Of a DNA stretch of 64,000 nucleotides, positions 1 through 18,092 are shown in pieces. Position numbers and translations under genes: made by a program. The DNA is from Malacoraja senta (taxonomy: Eukaryota): assembly GCA_038087875.1 (NCBI GenBank), contig CM075992.1, forward strand, positions 7,194,001 to 7,258,000, in the 5' to 3' direction. Position 1 is the first letter of the stretch, and each line of letters opens with the position of its first letter. The notes beneath the pieces were generated by a model. That model saw only the letters and a list, made by a program, of their open reading frames with translations, did not search any database and was not told the origin of the DNA.

Positions 1-1176
1 TTGCTACGGGAGGCGTGTGTGTGGTGTGTGTGTGTGGTGGTGGTGGTGGTGTTGGGGGGTGGGGGGGCAACAAAAAATAGCTGTTCGGAAAACAAAACAT
101 GGTTTACTTGGCCAGGGTGGGGCGTCAGAGTGAGGGCGCATAATAAAGAGGTGGGGAGAGGCGGAAGAGGAGGAACTGGCGGGAAGAGTAGGAAGTACAT
201 AGTACTTCTGCAGCCTAGTCTAGCTACAGACTAATAATTCTGTGGAGTAACACCATGGGGCAGCTTGAGTAGGCACAATAAATGGATCAAAAACATAAAC
301 TTCTTAGGGACACGATAAGATAATCGAATGTTTGCTGTACTGCTCGTCTAAAAGCAAGGGCATATTTCGATCTCCCATTTTCTGGGAAGTATTATTCCTA
401 CCTGTCTGCAGGCAGCCCCACAAAAAGGAGGCAATCGGTAGTGTGCAACCGAAATGCTGAAAAAATTTCAGTGTTTTCTACTTCTCCCCCATCCAGCCGG
501 ACCAAATTGCATCTTTGGACTGCCCCTTTAAATGCTGGAGTTCAGATTTCATCACGGGCCTCTGCTGCCGGTTAGAGAGGCGGGGTTAATAATCACAGGG
601 TCGATCAGTGAAAATGCCTTTGACCGAGGGAATTAACCGCTTGGTGCCTTCGATACTGTACTGTACACCTCTATGCACAGTAAACTCCCATTAATATTAT
701 GACTTTTTAAAATGCACATTAAGTGGAATTGCTGTTTGTATTATTATTACCACCTATACCACGCAATAATGAGATGGTGTGTCTGCCTATTAAATCATGT
801 CATACATGAGTTCAATCAAGCTATACATGAGTACAACAATGCAAAGAGAGAAAAAACTGCACACTATAGCGATATCGCATTACAACGTTAAACTTACAGA
901 AAGAAAAGTGTAAAATACCAATGAAGTCGATTGGAAGATCGGGTTTGCAGCCTGGCTTGTGGGAGGACGGTCACTTACATTATGAATACATGCTGATTTA
1001 TATATAAGACAGACACAACATGCTGGGGTAATTCAGCGTGTCAGGGAGCATCTCTGGAGAAAAAGGATGGGTGACGTTTCGGACCCTTCTTCACACACAT
1101 ATGCATTTCCTTTTATTAATTTATAGTCAATCACATCTGCGACTCGTTTCAAAGTTTAAAGTTGCACAAAACTTAC

Positions 1177-2236
1177 CCTGTATAACCGTGGTACCGAGAG
1201 CAACGATAGACACCATGATAGAAAGACTCAGGAGAGTGTAGGCGATGGGGGCTGAGAGTATTCCTCGGCCAGGCTCTATTAGTCTGACACCATCTTCTGC
1301 AAAGTGCAAATTAAATGAATGATTGAAAGAACGAGAGGGAATTGTCCACTGATAAAGACTCCTAATATTTCCCGGTTTACTCCCGGGATCAGGCAGACAA
1401 ACCGGCGACTGCTTTTAAAACTATTCAGCTCATAATATTTCAATTTAAGAACCATCATATGCAATATCTTCGAGATCTAAATATCGCATACAAAGGAAGT
1501 GTGACACATTCTGGACAGTTTCACACAGCAATGTATCACAATGAGGGGACCTCATTGAAACGTACAGAATAGTGAAAGGCTTGGATAGAGTGGATGTGGA
1601 GAAGATGTTTCCACTAGTAGGAGAGTCGAGGACTAGAGGTAATTGTCTCATAATTAAATGACGTTCTTTTAGAAAGGAGATGAGGTGGAATTTCTTCAGT
1701 CAGAGGGTGGTGAATATGTAGAATTATTTGCCACAGAAGGCTGTGGAGGCCGTCAGTGGATATATTTAAGGCAGAGATAGATTGATTCTTGATTAGCACT
1801 GGTGTCAGAGGTTATGGAGAGAAGGCAGGAGAATGGGGTTAGGAGGGAGAGTTTGACCAGCCATGATTGATTGGCAGATTAGACTTGATGAGCCGAATGA
1901 CCCAATTCTGCTCCTATCACATGATCTTGTGTTCTCCAAGTATCATTCGCTCAGATAAGCCCGAGGTACGAGGAAGGTAGCACTCGGCCATCTCTCCCCT
2001 TCTTCGTAAACTTTGCGCCCTTCCTCTCCACGTATGTACGCTTCCAGCAGCAGTTTCTAGTTGATCTGAAAGTGTAATGCATTCGACTTCCTTTACTGGG
2101 ACGGAGGAGATAAATAAATGCACGTACCATTCTTACATCGATGCAAATGCAGCTCCAGTTTTTCCGGCTCATTTGTGTCCGCCGTCGGTTCTTCAGGGTT
2201 ACACTCACTGACCGTTTCCCTGTCGTTATACTCCAT
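1177..2236 (-). CDS. Locus A: 5' exons of a type II transmembrane C-type lectin receptor (cytoplasmic and TM exons); the rest of the gene presumably lies left of the window
   Basis: Exon 1 2128-2236: MEYNDRETVSECNPEEPTADTNEPEKLELHLHRCKN, donor G|GTACGT; EPEKL is homologous to EPEDLKP/QPEKLKP in the paralogs. TM exon 1177-1296 (120 bp, TTTGCAG acceptor, GTAAGT donor, phase 1/1): EDGVRLIEPGRGILSAPIAYTLLSLSIMVSIVALGTTVIQ. Same size and phase as the TM exons of B, C, D, E and G. Confidence 0.7.
1535..1925 (+). mobile_element. CR1/HER1-type LINE 3' fragment
   Basis: Encodes the CR1 ORF2 C-terminal signature (…GLDRVDVEKMFPLVGESRTRG…FFSQRVVN) followed by a 3' UTR that recurs throughout the window. 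Confidence 0.8.
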
Positions 2237-2685
2237 ATTCTCAATTACAAAATCCTTTTCTTTATGAAGAATATATCAATTAGAGAGCAGCAGTTTTTGG
2301 ACTCGCATACTTCCTCATGCGGTACTTTCAGTATTGCGCGATGAAATGGACAAATAAGTTCTGCTGATTTAGATGTTTTTAAAACGGCTTCTCCAGCTTA
2401 ACGTGTGGAGCTCCGAGGCGAGGAATGTGCGTCTCGCTTAGACAATTCCCCCCTAACTTATGCTGTCAGAATGTTGGTTCCTAAACAGATCCGTGCGTGT
2501 ATGAACATGAAATGCTAGTTGGACTTCCGTGCTAACAGGGACCTCCAAAATAAATGAACAGCTTGTTCTGTCAGCTGTAGGTCAGGCTGGTGCAACTTTC
2601 ACAACTTCCTGGGATGCGAGCCGCTATATCAGCAATTAACAATGTGAGTGAATCTATCAGAAAAGGGAAACGAGTAATGCACTAG

Positions 2686-2992
2686 AGCGGCACAATGGGC
2701 AGCGGTAAGGTTGCTGTTCCACAGCGCCAGCGACCCGGGCTCGATTCTGACTACGAATGCTTTCTGGCCGGCGTTTACGCTAGCTCTCTGTAACCGCATG
2801 GAATTTCTCTAGGTGCTCTGGTTTCCTCCCACACTCCAAAGATGTGCAGATTTGTAGGTTAACTGGCATCTGTAAATTGTCCCAATTGTGTAGGATAGAA
2901 CCAGGGTACGGGTGATCGCAGGTCGGCGCGGACTCGGCAGGCCGAAGGGCCTGTTTCCACGCTGTATCTCTAAACTAAATTAAATTAAACTA
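2686..2992 (+). mobile_element. tRNA-derived SINE (HE1/V-SINE-like)
   Basis: tRNA-like head with A/B-box-like motifs, core GGTTTCCTCCCACACTCCAAAGA, LINE-like tail GGCCGAAGGGCCTGTTTCC…CTAAACTAAA. Confidence 0.75.
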
Positions 2993-4452
2993 CAGGACGG
3001 CAGAAACAAATAATCATGGGATTTAGACATGGGAGGGGGGTGGGGCAGTTAATAAAATAACATTCTGGAAGTTCATTGCGGTGGCCTAGATAAGGCGATT
3101 CACCGCCCCCCCCCCCCCCCGCCCCCTCTCCCTGTGACATTGTCGAGCAGTAAAACGATGGTCTTGCCAGTGACACCCAAATGCTTTAAAACGAATGCAG
3201 GCGTAAAACTGAAAATCAGGTCGGAATTGTATTAATACATTTATTCTCCATGTTGCTCTCTATGGCGAACACCGCGCGTTCAGGCGCAAATTACCACATG
3301 GTTCCAGGCCGGGGATAAGCTCCTTGGACCATACAAGTGAATATTAATAGCATCGAACACCTCACTGTAACGTCCTAATCTCTCCTGACAAAGAACACGG
3401 CGAGACTCCAGGAGCACAGTGTACAAATTTATATTATTAAGCATAAATATAGGTGGGGAGGAGAAGTGTGGATGGGGTGGGGGGGGGGTTATAAAGCGAA
3501 AAACGGGTTCATTGCATCGTCTGTGGGAAGGAATGGCAGATACTGGTTTAAACCGAAGATAGACGCAAAAAGCTGGAGTAACAGCGGGGTAAGCAGCATC
3601 TCTGGAGAAAAAGAATACGTGACGTTTTGCGTCGAGACCCTTCTTCCGACTGTGAGTCTGGGAAAAGGGAAACGAGAAATATAGACGGAGCTGTAGAGAG
3701 ATATATAGTACAAATAAATGAAAGATATGCAAAAAACAGTAACGATGACAAATAGAAACAAGTCATTGTGAGCTGTTTATTAAGTAGGAACGCGTTACAG
3801 ATAATGAGACTCAATAAGACGACTTTGAAGCTGGTACGACGGGTTGGGGAGGGATGGAGAGAGAGGGGATGCAAGGGTTACTTGATGTTAGATAAATCAA
3901 TATTCGTACCACTGGGCTGTAAGCTGCCAAAGCGAAATATGAGGTACTGTTTCTCCAATTTGCGTTTGGCTTCACTCTGACAATAGAGGAGGCCATTGCA
4001 TTAAACATTTTCAGTCGTGGGGAACCCCCCAATTTCTCTGGTAAATGCGCCTCTCTCATTCTAAGCTCATGACCCTGGAGAAATCTCTGAGCTTCGGAAA
4101 GCTGTCCAGCGAAAGAAGAGAGAAGGAGAGGCGGCATCGCCCATCACATCCAAGTGGACGTTCGGAGAGAGACCTGGGGCTCTGCACGGCCAGTTAAAAC
4201 AATGAGCAGAGGCAACCAGCACACAGTAATCTCTGTCGGACACCGTGCCGGCTGGAGTGTGGTGCTCAGAACTGGGCGGCGGCATCATTCCCTCCGCCTG
4301 CTTCTTCCAACAGCCCTCACAGATAGCATATCTTCTCCGAATCTTGGGGTGATTCATTGCTGAGCAAGTGGCGATTAAGCCAAGGGTTTGCAGTCGGTTG
4401 CCAGCGCAGCAGCGCACAGGCCGATTTCATTAGTTTATAACGTAACGTTTCG

Positions 4453-4957
4453 GGTGGTACAGTGACGCAGCGGTAGAGCTGCTGCCTCACAGCGCCGGAG
4501 ACCCGGGTTGGATCCTGACCTCGGGTGGTGTCTGTGTGGAGTTTGCCCGTCCCCCCTGTGACCGGGTGGGTTTCCTCTGGGTGCTCCGGTTTCCTCCCAC
4601 ATGCCAAAGACACGCAGCTTTGTAGGTTAATTGGCTTCTGTAAATTGTCGCTAGTGTGTAGGATAGTGTTAGTGCACGGGTGATGGCTTGGCGGCGTGGA
4701 CTTGGTGAGCGATGGGTCTGTTTCCGCACAGTATCTCTCAACTAAACTAAACTAAACTGAACCAAACTAAACTAAACTGAACAAAACTAAGCTGAACTAA
4801 ATTAAACTAAACTAAACTAAGCTAAACTAAACTAAATTAAACTAAACTAAACTAAACTAAATTAAACTAAATTAAACTAAACTAAACTGAACTGAACTAA
4901 GCTGAACTAAACTAAACTGAGCTAAACTAAACTAAACTAAACTAAACTAAACTAAAC
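4453..4957 (+). mobile_element. HE1/V-SINE-like SINE with an expanded (ACTAA)n tail (4740-4957)
   Basis: Same head and core as the other copies; ~215-bp pentanucleotide tail. Confidence 0.8.
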
Positions 4958-5170
4958 GATGCCGTGCCCCATAGTGCAGAGTGGTGTGGCAGTGAATTAG
5001 ATAACTCCAGTGATCATAAGATCACCTAAACATGGCAGTAAATGCTGGCCGTGCCAGGCACGCCACATTTTGTAATACGAATATTCGTCTTCTTGGTCCG
5101 CTGGTCAACTGCTCACAGGAATTGAGCCTCACACAGCAGAGAGGTTCTGGGCGATCTGATAGTGCTGTAT

Positions 5171-6380
5171 ATGGGGGTTGCACGTAAGGTCATCGGGTCA
5201 AAGGCCGTGACGCACGGACCAGCTCAATCCATGTGGAGTACATGGCAGCTTCCGGCATATACTGCTAATACACGAAACGCGAACTTTCTTACCCGTTAAA
5301 AACCGCTGAAAATGTATTTTTTTGCGCTGTATAAAATTGTGGAAATCGGGGTAAGCGTAAACATTTATCCTACTTCAGAATTGCAAAAGTGAGGAGAAAT
5401 GATGGTAGAGAGAAGGACAGCTGAAGGGACAACAACAGCTAAACATTGGCCGTGCAGATATCGAGATTGAAAATATTGGGAATTATCGCGTTTTTTTCCT
5501 GATTCCTTTGGTATCTAAAACGTTTCAGAAGTGATAAATCTGGCTGTAAAATTTTAAAATCGCACATGGATCTGAAGTGGGTTTTTACATGCAAAATGAA
5601 AACGCTTCTGAAGCTAAATTTATCATTAAAAATCTCCAGACGCACGAGTGTAGTGTGGAAAAGTAAGTTTTCTATCATTATGCTATTGAGATGTATATTT
5701 GGCAAATAATAAAATGTCTTGACAGCTTCAACACCCACTCCCTTTCAATAGGATATTGTCAATTTGCTGAGGTTGATTATGTCCAATTAACAGCTAACAA
5801 TTATGCCATTCCTTGGCTTGCATCTGAGTAAAATGTAATTCAAAACCCACGTATGGTTTGCGATTTTTTAATGATAAATTTTGCTTCAGAAGCGTTTTCT
5901 TTTTGCATGTAAAAACCCACTTGAGAACCGAGGGCGATTAAAAAAATTTACAGCCAAATTTATCACTTCTGAAACTTTTTAGATACAAAAGGAATCAAGA
6001 TAAAACACAAATAATGCCTTACTGTTGATGAAATGCAGTGAGCAAACGCGATAATTCCCAATATTTTCAATCTCGATATCTGCATGGCCAATGTTCGCCA
6101 ACCACTTTAGCTGTTGTTGACCCTTCAGCTGCCGCTTCTCTCTACCGTCATTTCTCTTCACTTTTGGAATTCTGAAGTGGGATAAATGTATTTCACGCTT
6201 ACGCCGATTTCAATAATCATTTACAGCGCAAACATTGACCATTTCGGCGGATTTTAACGGGCCGCTACGCTGGAAACAATGGTACGTGCTTACCTGCAGT
6301 TCATCGCGTGTACTCCAGTTGGCGTAGCGTGGCAACAGTACGGTCACGGGTCGTGACCAGACTGCCGTGCAACCTCCCTA
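5171..6380. mobile_element. Non-autonomous foldback DNA transposon with ~450-500-bp inverted arms carrying THAP-domain remnants (ISL2EU/Harbinger-like)
   Basis: Termini TATATGGGGGTTGCACG / CGTGCAACCTCCCTATA. Arms ~5173-5640 and ~5845-6378 are reverse complements. The right arm encodes KWLANIGHADIEIENIGNYRVCSLHF, a THAP W…RVCSxHF pattern. Superfamily assignment is tentative. Confidence 0.75.
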
Positions 6381-7055
6381 TAAGGTTCCAATGGCTTTCA
6401 TTGCTCTAAGACAGTGAAGCTGTTCCAATAGGGCCAGGGTCAGGGCAGATGGCTTCAGAGTGATAGGAGGGAATAAATGTGTGGGTTGTGGGGGTGGAGG
6501 GGGCGGGGAGAGAGGGAGATCAAGGAAACATTTTATACACCGTTTGTGTTCCTGCTCTAACTCGCTGCTGCTGGATTGTTGGAAATAGGCAATTAAAGAT
6601 TTCGAAAAGAAATTTGATAGAAAACAATGTGCAGTGCTACAGGGAAAGTAAGCAAGTAATTTCGGAATCATCGTTGAAATGGTCAATATGTGTGGGAAGG
6701 AACTGCAGATGCTGGTTTACACCGAAGGTGGACACAAAATTGGAGTAACTCAGCGGGTCAGGCAGCATCTCTTGAGGCAAGTAATATGTGACGTTTCGGT
6801 TCCAGACCCCTCTTCAGTCTCGATTCGCGTCTGGAGAAGGGTCTCGTCCCGAAATGTCACATGTTCCTTTACCCCAGATATGCTGCCTGGCTCGCTAAGT
6901 TACACCAGCATTTTGTGTCCATCTTCGATAAAATGGTCAACATGGATTGCTTAATCAAATGGTCTTCTTCTATGGTGTAACATTCCCACCACATGCTCAA
7001 CGTGAACAAACTGGTTCTTTGACATTTTGCACTAACTGAGACATTGAGAAGGACA

Positions 7056-12390
<5,335 letters not shown>

Positions 12391-12816
12391 CTGCAAAATG
12401 CAAGTGAAAGTCATCGACGAAAGCAGGAGATGCAATGGCCTAATGGAAACGCCTTCAACACGTTCATGATTTCTATCAGGAGATTCTATAAACTGACCAA
12501 CACACATCTCTTAAAAGTAAGAACCGTCATTCACGGCGGAGTAGTAATCTTACAAATCATGGAATGCAGCAGTTGCCAGTGCCGTACAGTTCCACATAAC
12601 AGACACAAATTATAATTATAATTCGGACAGATGAACCCAAGGTACAAGGAAGAAAGAGCATTCGCCCACCGCCGTTCTTCCTCATCAACGTTTCACCATC
12701 TGCATCCCAGAAACATTACTTTCGGTATCTGCCACTAATTTAACTGACACTGTTATGAATTCCATCTCATTTACAGGATCTGATCAATTTCAACAAGCCA
12801 GTCCACTGATGTGAAG

Positions 12817-12907
12817 CAGGCGTCAGTTCTTTTGGCTAATATCTACCTTGATTCTATTCATTAGGTTGAACTTCTCTGTGTGTTTCCAAATCGTACTTTA
12901 CCGCCGT
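12817..12907 (-). pseudogene. Decayed exon 1 of locus B
   Basis: Aligns by eye to exon 1 of D/E, but ATG has become ACG, there are two in-frame TAG stops (…CCT AAT GAA TAG AAT CAA GGT AGA TAT TAG CCA AAA GAA CTG ACG CCT G) and no GT at the donor position. Confidence 0.6.
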
Positions 12908-15900
12908 CCTCTCAGCTGGAATATGTTTTTTTTAACAAGAGAAGGGAGGAGTTAGGGGGGGGGGGTTGTGGCGCAGGTGAGGGGGGGGGGACGGTTGTGG
13001 CGCAGGGGGAGGGGTTGTGGCGCAGGGGGGGGGGGGTGCAATCGGAGAGATGCAAGTTCTTGTTTACACCGCCCCTGGAGCAATTATATATTTTTTATGC
13101 GAAACATACAACTGCAAGTCTGTTCTGAATGTCATAACATGTAACGAGTTCTACCTCTTGATGCCGGATTCTAACGGCAGTAATCGGATATATGGATCTC
13201 GAGAAGTCACTCGGTCATTTCTGTCCGAACCACACTCTCGGACTCGTTTTTTTTAACCGAATACTACGGGTGTGTAGATACACACTCTCAGTGGAAGATC
13301 AGCCGGGCGTAATCTACCGTTCTTGCCCAGGTTCTAAGTGACGCCAGTTGCACAACAATATGACTGAATGTCACATTTTCTCTGCAAAATGAAACCGCGA
13401 ACCACCACATTTGTCATGACGTGTAGGAAGGGACTGCAGATGCGGGTTTACACCGAAGAGAGACACACAATGCTGGAGTAACTCAGCGGGTCAGGCAGCA
13501 TCTCTGGATAGAAGGAATGGGTGATGTTTTGGGCCTGAAGAAGGGTCTCGACTCGAAAGGTCACCCTTTCATTCTAACCAGAGATGCTGTCTGTCCCGCT
13601 GAGTTACTACACCATGTTGTATCTATCTACCTGTGTTATAACTACAGCCTTACACGTGTGGCTCAAGACAGCAACGTACCACCATCTCCCAGCTTTGAAT
13701 TAAACAAGTAACATGGAAACCGGCGGTTCCGCCCACTGAGTCGACGATGACCTTCGATCACCATTCATACTAGTTCAAAGTAATCCCGCTTCCTCGTCCA
13801 CTCCCTTCACACGTGGGGGAATTTACAGAGAACAGTTAAGCCACATACGCTCACGTCTTTAGCACATAGTAAGAAACCGGAGGACCACGAGAAAATCCAC
13901 ACGGTCACAGGGACAACTTGCAAACACCACACAGACAGCACCAGAGGTTAAGATCGAAGCCGGGTCTCTGGCTCGGCGAGCCAGCATCTCTTGCTGCGTC
14001 ACAGTGCCGCCCTAAATCCTTCTGACTCACTTAGACATAGGAATAAAATCAACATTTGTTAAAAGCTTCAACGCATTAAATAAAAATCCGTGCTTTCAGA
14101 TATTTCTAAACAAATACTCTGAAATACCACAAAACGACCCGACAAGCGGCAGTGGGGTACGATGATGAGTATGTGGAATGTATGTTTCTGTTCTTGCGGA
14201 CTGCTACTGGGTCTTTTGTGCCAACGCCTCCTCTCAATCCTTCTTGCGGATTGCTGCAAAAATGCCAACGAATGTGTTTGACTGTAATCTACAAATTATA
14301 TTGCTGGTATTTACCTGGTTTCAGCTCTTCTGGGTTTCTTTTGCCTTCTCTCATTGTCCTGGGATAAAAATAATCGATATTTTGATAATCCTCATTTAAC
14401 TCCATGTTCTCACATACACCTTGTCTCCCTCAACACCGTGAGAGGCAGTGGGAGCGATGTCACTTCTGGTTCCTAGTGTTGAACCTCCAGTGTTCAGCGG
14501 TGAAACTCACAGGACAGAACCTGTTCTGCTGCATTTTATGGCGTGTGACCACTTCTGCTTCCAGTTGCTGTGCTCCAGTTTCCATGTCGTGTATCAAAGA
14601 GCCTAGAGGAACCATCAGAGTTTCCAATCCTTAACGCGTTCTCCGACAATCTTTTATGATACAGATCACCGTGAAAATGTAGATGCTCATGGCCAGTAAA
14701 ACCCCAGTGAAAAAAATTGACCCCAGACGAGAGCAGGTTCATGAACAAATGCGATATTGAAGCCGGAGATGGTCACTGGGATCATATTGCATGCCCAATT
14801 CTTCAATACTAATACGTGCCTTTGCACCACTTCCCTAAACCGATGTCACATCATCACATTTTCATGGAATTCTCCAACAATGTTCCCAGACCTGTCTGCC
14901 CGTGTGGAAAGTTTAAACAGCATTTCGCTAACTCCAGTTCAATTGAGTTGACACTTAGCGAATGTCAGAGGTTATGGGGCGAAGGAAGGAGAATGGGGTT
15001 AGGACGGAGAGATAGATCAGCCATGACTGAATGGCGGAGTAGACATGATGGGGTGAATGGCCTAATTCTACTCATATTCCCTTAAGGCCTTATGCTTTTT
15101 GTTCACCTGGTGTATACTCCATTTCACTGAACTCCTGTTCCAGTCTATGTGTTCATTCCATTATGGACGCACTCCATTCAAATAAGTGTACACACAGTTC
15201 AACTGAGTATAAACAGTTCCAATATTCTCGAGTTTTACTGTCTGTGTGCCCAGTCTATTGAGTGTGCACTCCAGACTATGTGATACTCGCTTCTGCATCA
15301 TGCATTCGGCTATACATTGCTTCGTTTGCCCAAATAAGTGAATGGGAATGAAGATTATTGATTAGTACAGGTGTCAGACGTTATGGGGATGAGGCAAGAG
15401 AATGGGATTAGGAGGGAGAGATAGATCAGCCATGACGGAATGGCGGAGTGGACTTGATGGGCCAAATGGCCTAATTCTACTCCAATTCCTTATGACTTTA
15501 TGACCTAATATTGTGAACTCATTAATTGTCATTTAAAGATGGAGGAAATACCATTGATGAATCAACAACTGTAGTGCAGTCGTTTGATTTACATTGTGTT
15601 TTGTTATTGTGCAAAGTAGGCGCGTGTGTGGGGGACGAGAGGACAGTTTTATTGTTCATATATATAAAATGCCCAACTATTTTGGCGTACACCTGCTGAT
15701 GTGGGAAAGAGGAATCAGTCTGAGACGGACGAGAGGAACTTTACCGAAATGGTTCAAGATGGTATTTCTTGCGAAAAAGCTGGTAACAAGACAAGGCCGT
15801 TGAGGCCGTTTGCTGTGAACGTTGAAAAAATAACCAAACAAGTAAACAGACAGATGAGCGCGCAGGTTCACACCAGCCTAACCGATGCTTGGTTTTTAAT

Positions 15901-16577
15901 CCTGAACCATTAGCATGCGGTTTTGTCAGTTTATAGCTTTTAGTTTAGATCAGAAATATCAAGTAATCTACAGACCCGCACGTGTTGGGATGTGGGGGGT
16001 TCACGCAGGCACAGAGAGAACGTGCAAACTCCACACAGAGAACAACCGAGTTAGGTTCGAACTAACTGTCGTGGTCTCTGGCGCCCCGGGGCGGCGGCTA
16101 CACCAGTTACACGACTGTGCTTCCCTTTTAAAAACAAATCGGAAATGAATTGCAGAACATTCTGTTGGTGACTGCGCTTCCTCTTAGTTCGTGGTCAGCG
16201 ACACCTGTTTGGGGATAAAGGTCACCATGCTCCAGTTCACGTCTGCACTCCAAACGCACCTGTCGTGGCTGATTTTGCGGTTAGCCCGCGTTGTGAACTT
16301 AATTGACCCCTGAACGGGTCCGTGTATTAAATGATATGAGCCAAACACGGGCAGGTGGGGTAGTGTTGCTGAGACATGTTGACCGGTGTGGGCAAGTTGG
16401 GACGACGGGCCTGTTTCCGCGCTGTATCACTCTACGACTCTATTAATGTACTCAGGCATGTGCTAATTTTAGAGCTGTGTCCTTTCACATACACGCTCAC
16501 AATCTCTCACTTCTACCATTATTCTCCACACTCTCGCTTTTACTTCCACTCTCTATCACGTAGCTCCGCCACATCAT

Positions 16578-16975
16578 GAGGTCATAAGTGATAGGAATAG
16601 AATTAGGCCATTCGGCCCATCAAGTCTACTCCGTCATTTAATCATGGCAGATCTATCTCTCCCCGAAACCCATTCTCCTTCCTTCTCCCCAAAACCTCTG
16701 ACACCTGCACCAATCAAGAATCTAACTCTCTGCCTTAAACATATCCACTGACTTGCCTTCTGTGGCAAAGAATTTCACAGATTCACCACCCTCTAACGAA
16801 AGGAAATTCTCCTCATCTCCTTCCTAAAAGAACGTCCTTTAATCCTGAGGTTATGACCTCTAGTCCAAGACACTCCCACTATTGGAAACATCCTCTCCAC
16901 ATCCACTCTATCCAAGCCTTTCACAATTCTGTGTTTCAATGAGGTCTCCCTTCATTCTTCTAAACTCCAGCGAGT
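16578..16975 (-). mobile_element. CR1/HER1-type LINE 3' fragment
   Basis: Reverse complement of the family at 1535-1925. Confidence 0.8.
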
Positions 16976-17833
16976 GATGGCAGTGCTTCCATAAGATGTG
17001 TGCATCCCATTATATGATCCATCTGATTTCAGTAATCCTTAGATGCGCAAACATTAGCTGAGATTGGCCATTTGACTGAGTCGGCCGCGCTCTCCCTCCC
17101 TTCCTCTCCCCGCTGCATCCACCTTAAAGCCCACAACTCAGATTCCGATTTGCTTCATTCTCCTAACACAGCATTGCAAAAGCCCACATGCAGAAATATG
17201 TAGGAAGGAACTGCAGGTGCCGGTTTACACCGAAGATAGACATAAAAAGCTGGAGTAACGCAGCGGGACAGGCAGCATCTCTGGAGAGAAGGGAAAGGTG
17301 CTGTTTCGGGTCGAGACCCAGTCATCGTTTGGTGGGCGAGGCGTGTGCGCTATATTGCGTGGGGGCACCTGGTCGTAACAGTCCATAGGTAGGACAGATG
17401 CTATGGAAAGGTGATGTCGCATCTCCCAAGCAGCACAGTCACACACCCGCTTTGCTCAGTAGGTTCGGAAAGTGCAGGGCAACACAACGCAGAAGGATAT
17501 TGTGGATAGACACAATGTGCTGGAGTAACGCAGCGGGTCAGACAGCATCTCTGGAGAAAACGTATGGGTAATGTTGCGGGGCGGGACAATTCTTCAGACC
17601 GAAGAAAGATCCCGACTCGAAAAGTCACCTATCCTTTTTCTCCAAAGATGCTGCCTGACCCGCGGAGTCACTCCTGCACTTTGTGTCTACCCTCTGTATA
17701 TGCCACCTTGCACTAAACGTTATTCCCTTATCATCTATCTGTACACTCAGTATTCTCGAATTGCACTTCAGGATGTACTGGTAAGCGTTCTCTATTCGCT
17801 GCATTCCTTGAAGTGAACATGCTTTCATATGGT

Positions 17834-18045
17834 TAAGAAAGAACTGCAGATGCTGGAAAATCGAAGGAGACCAAAATGCTGGAGAAACTCAGCGGGTGAG
17901 GCAGCATCGAAAGAGCGAACGAAATAGGCAACGTTTCGGGTCGAGACCAGTCTGAAGAAGGGTCTCGACCGGAAACGTCGCCTATTTCCTTCGCTCCACA
18001 GATGCTGCCTCACCCACTGAGTTTCTCCAGCAATTTTGTCTACCT
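17834..18045. repeat. Palindromic (inverted dimer) Penelope-derived terminal repeat
   Basis: …AATGCTGGAGAAACTCAGCGGG…TTTCGGGTCGAGACC / GGTCTCGACCGGAAAC…CTGAGTTTCTCCAGCA. Similar palindromes at ~6709-6930, 13425-13630, 17505-17690, 33622-33835 and 43397-43610. Confidence 0.75.
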
Positions 18046-18092
18046 CATGCTTCCATATGGTATTGTGGAATGTGTTGCCATCACAGGCTCTG

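Noticed and set aside
395..570. Possible further exons of locus A (acceptor/donor-like sites near 402-457 and 480-565)
   Set aside because: They are not phase-1/1 compatible or they hit stops, and they show no similarity to paralogous neck exons.
4740..4957. Regular short-period repeats ((ACTAA)n; also 37217-37328) considered as an array or CRISPR-like structure
   Set aside because: Simple SINE/LINE tail expansions with no unique spacers, in a vertebrate context.
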